Source: an uncultured Methanomicrobiaceae archaeon (lineage in GTDB: Archaea; Halobacteriota; Methanomicrobia; Methanomicrobiales; Methanoculleaceae). Taken from it: DNA of 64,000 nt. Each line of letters begins with the position of its first letter. The stretch's first letter is position 1. Below, piece after piece: positions 21,600 through 29,931 of the stretch. A model generated the notes under the pieces. The model made no database searches. It was not told the origin of the DNA and saw nothing but the letters and a program-made list of their open reading frames with translations. A program made the translations under genes and the position numbers. The DNA lies in contig CAWGXH010000004.1 of NCBI GenBank assembly GCA_963826525.1, forward strand, positions 1,472,001 to 1,536,000, written 5' to 3'.

Positions 21600-22311
21600 T
21601 CTCACGCTCTCGTCACTCCATGAGATTCTCTACCCCTTCACTGCCTGTAACCCGGGCTTCGTCGGTGGTTGATCTTCGGTGTACCTGGCGGGGCATAATT
21701 AGTGTATCGGTTCCCGGTGCCTGATCGCCGGCGGATGGGGACAGATGACGGCACGTCCGACTGCATACGCACGGTGAATGATGCAAATACCTCTGTGTGC
21801 GCCTGTATCTGACCGCGTCCGGCGTGTTTTACACGGTATTTGCGTGATCAAATGTCGTGAAGAGACGCTTAAAACTGTATCTATTTATCTGTCTTGAAAT
21901 ATATCAGGATTCATATGCTGTACTTATGCTTTGTTATTCTCTCTCTCCCCTGAGAGGAATGTGAATACCTTTTTTCGGGAATATCCTACCCTCCTGCTGA
22001 TTTTACCCGATGCATACGCGGCGATGAAAGGTTCAACGGAACGCGAGGGAGAGAGGCCGGGGGCGGCGGGGGATGCAGGGGCGTGGGATAAACCCCGGTG
22101 CCGATCTGCCCGCATCGGCCGAAACCCGGGGAATTGCATGCTCTCCGAACGGGTCGCGGTGAGGGCCATCCCGCACCGGGCGCTTCCGTTGACCAACCCG
22201 CTTTCCGGCCGTGAATGTGCGGCAAATTGCCTTGAAATCTGCTAAAATCTGTTAATTAAAGTATTTTTTTGGGCGGGAACTTTAATATGGAGTATCGTCA
22301 GTACTCTAGTA

Positions 22312-23016
22312 ATGTTCGGGCGGTACGACTATACGTTTCACGTCGAAGACGGGAGCATTAAGGCCGAAATTGAGCGGAAAGACGGCCTCTACTGCTATCG
22401 GAGAACGTGTGGCGAAAAAAGGTTCGAAAGGCTTCTGGCATCCGAGTCGGGGGGAATAATCGTCAATCCGGTCGAGCCGCTTAGCCTCCCGAAAGAGATC
22501 ACGAACTACCTGCTGATAGAGTTCGATCCGATAATTATCGAACCGGGCTCGGTCAACCGGTTCTACCTGACGTTTCCGGTTGAGATCGGCGTCTTCGTCG
22601 AATCAAAGCGTGATATCGAGGTGCTCGACGTCTTCAGCCTCGTTCACCAGAAATACACTCTCTACGGTTCGGCGAGCGACGGTGTCATCGCCCGATGGTA
22701 CCATAGCGAGATCTACCCGGATATCCCGGAGGTGCATCCTCTGACGGAGGGGGTGATGGAACTCACCATCCGGAACACCTGCCGTGAGTGGGTTACGGTA
22801 TCACAGGCGGTCTTTGAGAGTTACGATATGAAGATCTACTACAACGATATCGTCTCGATGACCGCCCAGATGCGGATCATCACGAAACGTCAGGCGGAGA
22901 CGGACATTCTCGACACACCGCTCAAGCCCGGGATGAAGAAGTCGATCGAGCTCTATACTGCCCGGGGTATTCCGTCAATCAAGAAAGGATTTCTCATGGA
23001 GTGGGGATTGGCGTGA
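22312..23016 (+). CDS. DUF432 family protein
   Basis: NPVEP, FYLTFPVEIGV and KYTLYG motifs; lies upstream of mscS as in other archaea. Confidence 0.8.
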   Translation: MFGRYDYTFHVEDGSIKAEIERKDGLYCYRRTCGEKRFERLLASESGGIIVNPVEPLSLPKEITNYLLIEFDPIIIEPGSVNRFYLTFPVEIGVFVESKRDIEVLDVFSLVHQKYTLYGSASDGVIARWYHSEIYPDIPEVHPLTEGVMELTIRNTCREWVTVSQAVFESYDMKIYYNDIVSMTAQMRIITKRQAETDILDTPLKPGMKKSIELYTARGIPSIKKGFLMEWGLA

Positions 23017-23858
23017 ACGTAACGTCGGTCCTGGAGGTCCCGATCGGCTACGGCACCCTGACCGTCGGGAGCATCCTCTCCGTCATTCTCATCCTCATCG
23101 TCGGCATAGTGATCGCAAAGGTCGTGGCGCTCAACCTCAGGAGGGCACTGCACGAGAGAGTTCCGAAGAACGACCTTGAGGTTCTCGCAAAGATCGTTTA
23201 CTACGCCATCGTCGTCGGGGCGGTCATCATCGCGCTGCCGTACCTGAACATCGACCTCTCCGGCCTTCTCGTCGCAGGGGGTATCGTCGGTCTTGTGATT
23301 GCTTTTGCCAGTCAGAGTGTCGTCTCGAATCTCGTCTCCGGCCTGTTTCTCGTGATCGAACGGCCGATTAAGATAGGCGATAACATCGGCTTCGATGGCG
23401 TGTCGGGCAACATCGAGGATATCCGCATTCTCTCGACCGTCGTCAAGACGTACGACGGGATTTACGTCCGGATCCCGAACGAGAAGGTCTTCACATCGAA
23501 TATCACGAACTACGTGCAGAACGTCGCCCGGCGGTTCGACTACACCGTGGGGATCCGCTACCAGGACGATGCCGACAGGGCGGTCGCGGTCATAAAAGAG
23601 GTCATCTGGAGCCACCCCTTTGCGTTGAAAAGCCCTGCACCCTCGGTCTACGTCGACTCACTCGGTGATAACAGCGTCAATATCAGCGTCAGGATCTGGG
23701 CGCCGTCCCGGGAGTGGTGGGATGTCAGGACGGATCTTCTCTGGAAGATAAAGACCGAACTCGAACAGAACGGCATCGAGATACCGTTCCCGCAGAGGAC
23801 GCTCTGGTTTGCGAACGAGCTGAAGGGAGAGGTATCGGGAAGGGACACCGGGAGATAG
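23013..23858 (+). CDS. mscS: Small-conductance mechanosensitive channel
   Basis: FASQSVVSNLVSGLFL, ERPIKIGD, IPNE and GIEIPFPQR motifs. Confidence 0.9.
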   Translation: MNVTSVLEVPIGYGTLTVGSILSVILILIVGIVIAKVVALNLRRALHERVPKNDLEVLAKIVYYAIVVGAVIIALPYLNIDLSGLLVAGGIVGLVIAFASQSVVSNLVSGLFLVIERPIKIGDNIGFDGVSGNIEDIRILSTVVKTYDGIYVRIPNEKVFTSNITNYVQNVARRFDYTVGIRYQDDADRAVAVIKEVIWSHPFALKSPAPSVYVDSLGDNSVNISVRIWAPSREWWDVRTDLLWKIKTELEQNGIEIPFPQRTLWFANELKGEVSGRDTGR

Positions 23859-23872
23859 ATTCCTTTCGTTTC

Positions 23873-24538
23873 CTACTCGATCCGGTGAACTTTTCCCGCT
23901 CCTCCCGGGTGGAATGCATCCGGATAGCGCTTCTGCAGCTCTTCGATCCGGTCGGTGCAGTGTGAGGCGGAGAGGTAGGAGACCGCCCCGAGGGCGTCGA
24001 TATCCTCCGGCGATACGGTGTGAAGCCCGCCGATGACCCCTAAGACCGCCCCCCGTTCTGCAACCGCGCTGATGATCCTTGCTATATGCGGGTGGGCACA
24101 CCCCGTAACGATCAGAAATCCGCCGGCTCCTTCGACGACGAGCGCCTGTTCGGGAATCTCGTCGCCGAGCGGCCCTGTCGAGAAGACGCCTTCTGCAAGG
24201 GGACTCCATTCTTCGACGATCCGTGGCGGTGTATGGGCATCGAGCAGGTCGAGGGTCTTCTTCGAGAACCCTGCAGGCACAAAGACCTCTATGTCCGGGT
24301 TTGCACGAAGGACGGCGGCCGCTCCTCCGGTATGGTCCCAGTGATCGTGCGAGAGAACCAGTCGCCTGACGGATGCGGGGTCGATGCCGAGACGCTGCAT
24401 ATTCCCGAGCAGTACGTCTCCTCGGCCTCCGGTATCAAAGAGTATGCCCGTCTCCTGCAGAAAACAGGAGAACCCTTTGGCCGTGACGAGACCAGGGTCG
24501 TATCCTATGTTGTTGTAGACCTCAACGATAGTTGCCAT
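23873..24538 (-). CDS. Metallo-beta-lactamase fold hydrolase
   Basis: LFDTG, SHDHWDHTGG, TGCAHP, GGLH and SHCT motifs. Confidence 0.9.
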   Translation of the reverse strand: MATIVEVYNNIGYDPGLVTAKGFSCFLQETGILFDTGGRGDVLLGNMQRLGIDPASVRRLVLSHDHWDHTGGAAAVLRANPDIEVFVPAGFSKKTLDLLDAHTPPRIVEEWSPLAEGVFSTGPLGDEIPEQALVVEGAGGFLIVTGCAHPHIARIISAVAERGAVLGVIGGLHTVSPEDIDALGAVSYLSASHCTDRIEELQKRYPDAFHPGGAGKVHRIE

Positions 24539-24626
24539 GCGCGACCACCATACGCACCGATTGTATTCCGACTGCGATAATGGTTGCCCTGGCCTGTCCG
24601 GGAGAAGAAAGAAAAGAAGAGGGGTA

Positions 24627-25367
24627 TCAGGCAATGATGTAGGTGATCGAGACCGTTGCGGTCACGTCCATCTCACCGACTTCGATCGGGGTGGGCACGC
24701 CCATCGCTTTCTCGGCGGTGCCGCTGTAGGACATTGCCGAGTCATACCTGACGGGGATGTAGCTACCGCCGACGTTGACCTCTTTCACGTCGACGATGGT
24801 CTTACCGAGTGCTGCCGCCACCGCATCGGCATCGTTCCGTGCCTGCTGCACGGCTGCGGTCAGTGCCTGGGTGCGGAGCTCCTGCTGCCGGTCGTCGCTG
24901 ATGGTGAACTCGATCTGGTTCACCCGGTTTGCACCGTTTGCAATGGCGATATCGATGATCTCGCCTGCCCGGTTCACGTCGTCCAGCGTTACCCGCACTG
25001 TGTTCGTTACCCGGTAGTACTTGACCTTCGCACTCGACCAGGTGGCGCTGACGGTGTCTTCGGTCACCGGGGTGATGGTGTACCCGGTCGTCTTGATATT
25101 CTCGGCTGGGATTCCCGCTGCCTTCAGGGCGGCGATGACTGCGTCCATCCGCTTTGCATTCTCCTGTTGCGCCGTCGCGACGTCGGCGTTCTCGGTCTCG
25201 ACAGCGAGCGAGACGGTTGCCTGGTTCGGGGTCGTGGTCACTTTTCCGGTACCGGAGGTGTAGATGACCTTCTCTTTTATGTCTTCAGACTGTGCTGCAA
25301 CGTTGCCGATGACTGCAACGGAGAGCACCAGAAGAGCTGCTGCCAGTAGCGCAAGTTTTACCCGCAT
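24627..25367 (-). CDS. SIMPL domain (DUF541/BP26-like) secreted protein
   Basis: Signal peptide; SGTGKV..TP, AGIPAENIKT, GANRVNQIEF and A+AAALG motifs. Confidence 0.9.
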   Translation of the reverse strand: MRVKLALLAAALLVLSVAVIGNVAAQSEDIKEKVIYTSGTGKVTTTPNQATVSLAVETENADVATAQQENAKRMDAVIAALKAAGIPAENIKTTGYTITPVTEDTVSATWSSAKVKYYRVTNTVRVTLDDVNRAGEIIDIAIANGANRVNQIEFTISDDRQQELRTQALTAAVQQARNDADAVAAALGKTIVDVKEVNVGGSYIPVRYDSAMSYSGTAEKAMGVPTPIEVGEMDVTATVSITYIIA

Positions 25368-25468
25368 AAGTATCGATCAGATGTTGCTTTCGGAAAAATA
25401 AATATCTTCCTTTAACTTCGAGAATATTCGCAGTTATTTTTCGTCCTTTTTCAAAAATAAAGGTAATT

Positions 25469-26197
25469 TCACTTTTTCTGCTCGGCATCACCATCCTGCT
25501 CGGACGACCTGCCGAGAGACCCGATCAGCCGTGAGATGAGGACGGCGACGTAGAGGACTCCGCTCACCGCCTCAAGCATGGCGAGCGACCGTGCCTGATC
25601 GGTTACCGGGGTGATGTCCCCGTACCCGAGCGTCGTCATGGTAACGAAGCTGTAGTAGAGGAGATCCTGGAATGCTAACGAGCCGCCCGGGTCATGCACC
25701 GTGCTGGCATAGAACGACCCGGGGTAGACGGTTTCGATGAAGGTATACCCGTTTGCAAAAGTCAGTCCAATGAGGAGGTAGACAGAGACCGCTCCGTAGA
25801 TGGTATCGGTGGTGATCGTCCGCGACCGCAGGACGACGCTGAGAATTATGATGGTGGTATATGCGTAAAATACGAGAGAAATCGCGTTTTCAGCGGTATT
25901 CAGCGTGGGGATGCCGGTAACGACGTACAGCCACCCGGAGAGCAGCGCCGCCGATGCAAAGAGGCCTGCAACAACCAATGCCCTTCTGCTGTCGCCGACG
26001 GCATGGACCCCGGCGATGAGCACGATGGAGGTAAGGACCTTAAAGAAGATCTCCCCGCCGTCTTCCGGGCCTACGTAGGGGTAGAGTGCCAGCAGCAGGA
26101 TAAGGGATGTTAAGAGGACGAGGAATTTGCGGCGCACACCGTCGCGACGAATCCTGATCAGCCCCGCCCGCAGCGTATCGGTCGTACTGCCCATCAT
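25469..26197 (-). CDS. Potassium channel family protein (Ion_trans_2)
   Basis: YYSFVTMTTLGYGDITP selectivity filter; multi-TM. Confidence 0.9.
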   Translation of the reverse strand: MMGSTTDTLRAGLIRIRRDGVRRKFLVLLTSLILLLALYPYVGPEDGGEIFFKVLTSIVLIAGVHAVGDSRRALVVAGLFASAALLSGWLYVVTGIPTLNTAENAISLVFYAYTTIIILSVVLRSRTITTDTIYGAVSVYLLIGLTFANGYTFIETVYPGSFYASTVHDPGGSLAFQDLLYYSFVTMTTLGYGDITPVTDQARSLAMLEAVSGVLYVAVLISRLIGSLGRSSEQDGDAEQKK

Positions 26198-26257
26198 CGC
26201 CTCTCCCGGCGATAACCTCGCTCCTCCCACTACAAAACTCTTGCCACTCGCCCCGGG

Positions 26258-27675
26258 TTATGCTCTCTCCTCACCGTGCTCCCCGAATGCGAGGGCGGCA
26301 AGATCGGCCGCCAGGTCGGCGGCAGTCTGATATCTGCGGCCGGGGTCTTTCTCGAGGCATTTTCTGACGATCGCATCGAAGGGCTCGACGCCGGGACGGA
26401 TCGCCGACGGAGGCACCGGTTCGGTCTCGAGAAGAGCGGTGCTGAACCCGGCGATATCCTCTCCCGGGAAGGGAACCGTGCCGGTCAGGAGTTCGTACAG
26501 GATGACCCCGAGTTGGTAGATGTCCGTCCGCTCATCCGTTCTGCCGAAACGCCCCGGAGCGATCTGTTCCGGGGCGGCATAGACGAGTGAGAATCCGAGC
26601 ATACTCGTCGCACGTCTCTCTGCGAGGATCGTACCCATCCCCCAGTCGGTAATCTTCGGCACTCCGTCGTTTGCGATCAGAATATTGTGAGGCTTGATAT
26701 CCCGGTGGATGACTCCTTTGGCGTGAGCGTAGACGAGTCCCTCGGCAATCCCCATGGCGATCGAACGGCACAGAGCAGGGTTTAACGGTTTTCTCATCTC
26801 TTCAAGCGATCCTGCGACGTACTCCATCTCCACGAAGGGGATGGGAAGGATGTTGACCGAATAGACCTCGACGATATTGGGGTGGACGAGTCTCTCCCAG
26901 AACCGCATCTCATTTAAGAACGATCTTCCCGTGGCTTCGTCGAAGGCGATGGGTATCTTCACGGCGACGATCGCACCGTCGCCTCTTCGCTCTGCCTTGA
27001 AGACCATGCCGAGGCCGCCTTTCCCGATAAACTCACTATGGCTGTACTTACTCTGCAGCCCGGCCGGGATCTCCGGCGCGTGGAGCACTGCCGGGGTCGT
27101 CCCTGCCTGCGGCGTCCCGGGGTCGGCCCGTATGGTTGCCGCTGCATTCGTCTCCGGGACCTTCCTGTTCCGCTCCCGGTGGTAGTACCACACGAAGACG
27201 GCAAGGGCTGCGAGGAGAGCGAGCAGAGCGAGCAGAAGGAGGGTTGCATCACCCGCCGCTCCCCGTTCCGGCGTACCCCGGATCTGTTCTGCTGCAGAAA
27301 CCGACACGACATCGCGGTCGCCTGCACTACCGGTGTGCCCGGGGTAGCGGTTTCGGATTGCCCGGGTACCGGCGTATCCAACAGATCCGGAGATGCCACG
27401 TCTTCATTATCTGCCCTGTTGCTGCCGGGGGTGTCCTTCGATCCGGAGATCTTCTTCCCCCGGGTCGTGCTGCTCTCTTCCTGAACGGTAGTATCGTCAG
27501 CTGCAAGGTCGATCTCCGCCTGGATCGACTCTGCATTCGTGCCCGGTGCGCCGACGGTGTTGGTTGCGGCAAGCGCACCGGGAGCACAGGCGGCAAGGAG
27601 CAGCAGGAGAAGAAGGGTCGTAAGGCAGCACTGTCGTGCCCGGGTGTGGCCCGGTCTGCCGCCGCCGCGGGTCAG
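26258..27675 (-). CDS. Membrane-anchored Hanks-type Ser/Thr protein kinase (signal peptide, low-complexity ectodomain, TM, kinase; frameshift near 27310; start approximate)
   Basis: GKGGLG.V, VAVK, HRDIKPHN, DWG, YAAPE and TDIYQLG motifs. The upstream frame reads LTTLLLLLLLAACAPGALA and overlaps the FHA gene stop. Confidence 0.85.
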
Positions 27676-28472
27676 GACTCCACCCCCCGACTTTCGGTTC
27701 CCCCGACGAAGACGAAGGATGCTCCGAAGATACCTTTTGCAAGTTCTATGAGATCGCCGTCTTTGAGTGCAGATCTCCGGTGAGGAACGAGTACGGTACC
27801 GTTGATAAACGTACCGCCGGTGCTCCCGCAGTCCTCGAGGTGCCAGATTCCGCTCTGCAGAATAAAGACGGCATGCGGTTTTGATATGCGGGTCACGGCA
27901 CCGTACTCCTCGGAGAGTATGATGGCGGAGCCGGGATCGTACGCCGCCGGAGTATCCCGGTCGACTCTGCCGACCGCAATGCGGTTTCCCTTGAGCGGGA
28001 AGGAAGTCCCGTCATCAGGCCCGCCGAGGAGCGTGACGGCCGGTGCCGACCCTGCAAACTCTTCCGAAACCTTGCCGCGGACTGCCGCGAGCCTGACCGT
28101 GAGGTCGGCGTCGGTAATGGTAAGTTTCATGTTGGAGAAGAGGCCGAGATTTCTCACGATCGCCTCCATCCCCCCGGGCACGAGCGAATACTTCCAGACC
28201 GGATGAATACCTCGTGCGGTCTCTCGCGACAGCCCCGCCTCTTTCCGGACAACGCCGATGCTGAGAAGCTTATCCATATGCTTCTTTGTGTTTTCGTAGC
28301 TCGACTGGATCTCCGATGCGATCCGGCGGATCTCCTTCGGTTTTCTCTCGATGATCTTGAGGATCTTAAGCCGCGTGGTGCTTGAGAGGACGTCCAGATA
28401 CTCGGAGAGTTCCTGCAGTGAATCCGCATCTTCCGGCAGAATGATTGTTTTTCCTGCTTCGTCCCCGTTCAT
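27672..28472 (-). CDS. ArsR-like winged-HTH fused to FHA domain
   Basis: N-terminal LSSTTRLKIL...HMDKL..IGVV HTH. C-terminal VGR, ISKPHA and DCGSTGGTFING FHA motifs. Confidence 0.85.
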   Translation of the reverse strand: MNGDEAGKTIILPEDADSLQELSEYLDVLSSTTRLKILKIIERKPKEIRRIASEIQSSYENTKKHMDKLLSIGVVRKEAGLSRETARGIHPVWKYSLVPGGMEAIVRNLGLFSNMKLTITDADLTVRLAAVRGKVSEEFAGSAPAVTLLGGPDDGTSFPLKGNRIAVGRVDRDTPAAYDPGSAIILSEEYGAVTRISKPHAVFILQSGIWHLEDCGSTGGTFINGTVLVPHRRSALKDGDLIELAKGIFGASFVFVGGTESRGVES

Positions 28473-28690
28473 AGACCTCCCCGCTCCGGCCACCCGGCCA
28501 TGTACTCCTATGGGTGAACTGTTCCCAATAAGATTGCGAAATTATCCGCATCCCTGTTGAACCGGCAATGGTAAGAGTAATTTCCCTGTACCCTGGATAA
28601 GTCTCTTCGATCCCCGGGATGCAACTTTTCGGATGAGTCTCGATCATCCGGGATCACGTTTATTACCACTCATGGTATCTCCAGAGGAAC

Positions 28691-28951
28691 ATGATGAACG
28701 GCATGACATCCCTGCAGCAGAGGCAGGTAATGGCACAGATCGAGGAGATGATCCAGTCGAACCCCGACTACTCGGGCGTGAAATCCGAACTTGAATCGCT
28801 CAATTTTATTCCGCAGACCGACAGGCCGGAGTATGCGGTCTGGGTTCAACCGGATCTTCAGATCCTTGTCTTTCTCAGAATAAACCTCGGCGGGGGGTAT
28901 TCAGGGTACCGCATCGCATCCTTCGACGAAGTGGCGCCGGCCAGGCGTTGA
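28691..28951 (+). CDS. Hypothetical protein
   Basis: 86-aa ORF with gagga upstream and plausible composition. Confidence 0.6.
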   Translation: MMNGMTSLQQRQVMAQIEEMIQSNPDYSGVKSELESLNFIPQTDRPEYAVWVQPDLQILVFLRINLGGGYSGYRIASFDEVAPARR

Positions 28952-29256
28952 GTGCATCGCAACCGTGGACTGCCTTTCACCACCTCGAAAATACTCCTTA
29001 CCTGATTCTTGAGTGCAAGATGCACTCAACGCCGGGTAGCGCGACGGGCATGCCGCTGCCCTCGCCGGCCTCAGGTTTATGCAGGCTGCATAACCTCAGC
29101 TTCCGTGCTATGGAGGATACGCCCGGTTTTGCCCGGTGGGAGAGCCGTGAGTATGAACTCGTCGTCCTGGTCCGGATGGATCCGGAGACGCAGGCTATAA
29201 CCGAAGCGAAAGTCTTTGCATCCGGTGAGCCGGGAGCGGAGACGTTTCCGCGATAA
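28948..29256 (+). CDS. Hypothetical protein
   Basis: TTG start overlapping the previous stop. Confidence 0.5.
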   Translation: MSASQPWTAFHHLENTPYLILECKMHSTPGSATGMPLPSPASGLCRLHNLSFRAMEDTPGFARWESREYELVVLVRMDPETQAITEAKVFASGEPGAETFPR

Positions 29257-29268
29257 TCTCTGCCAGGG

Positions 29269-29835
29269 CTATCTCTTCCCGAACTCTTCGCGGATCTTCC
29301 TGACCACGTCTTCACCTATTCTCCGGAAGTCTTCTCCTATCTCGTCCCATGTCCTGTCCGTGCTGCTGTCTCTCCCTTCTTTGCCGTTCTGCGCTTTGCC
29401 GTCGGCGTCGGCGGAAGAGGTGGCGATTCCGATGAACCCCCCGATCAGGACGATGAGGAAGACCGCCGGATAGATGAGGAATGCAAATTCCTGGAGGAGC
29501 AGGAACACGCCGACGCCCGAGATCACGGCGACCAGTCCGAAGAGCCGGATCAGAAACGCTACCAGAAAGACGGCACCGATGGCATTGAACAGTGGCGCGG
29601 GAATATTTGCGGGGAACCGCAATGTTCCGAAGATATCTCCGATGAGGAAGAATGCCGTTATGATAACGATTAGTCCGAGACTGGCGTTCAGGAAGAGAAC
29701 GATCTGGAGATAGAGTGGGGCCTGAAACGATTCCGCAACGATATTCAGGACGCCGAGGACGATCAGGAATATAATAAGGCCGATGATGCGGGAGAGGGTA
29801 ATTCCGACGATCGATCGGCGGTTGCGTTCTGTCAT
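29269..29835 (-). CDS. Hypothetical 4-TM membrane protein
   Basis: Hydrophobic helices and a charged C-terminal tail. Confidence 0.75.
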   Translation of the reverse strand: MTERNRRSIVGITLSRIIGLIIFLIVLGVLNIVAESFQAPLYLQIVLFLNASLGLIVIITAFFLIGDIFGTLRFPANIPAPLFNAIGAVFLVAFLIRLFGLVAVISGVGVFLLLQEFAFLIYPAVFLIVLIGGFIGIATSSADADGKAQNGKEGRDSSTDRTWDEIGEDFRRIGEDVVRKIREEFGKR

Positions 29836-29931
29836 GGACTGTATTCGTCTTATACAGGTTCCCTTATGTACTTTCCCCGGAAGAGCCGAAAAAGGGGTTT
29901 GGTGTTTGGTCTCTTGCCGGCGGTCAAGTGT

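Noticed and set aside
21606-22311. RNase P or SRP RNA in the large intergenic region
   Set aside because: I could not find GAGGAAAGUCC or the SRP helix-8 GGAAGGGAGCA motif on either strand.
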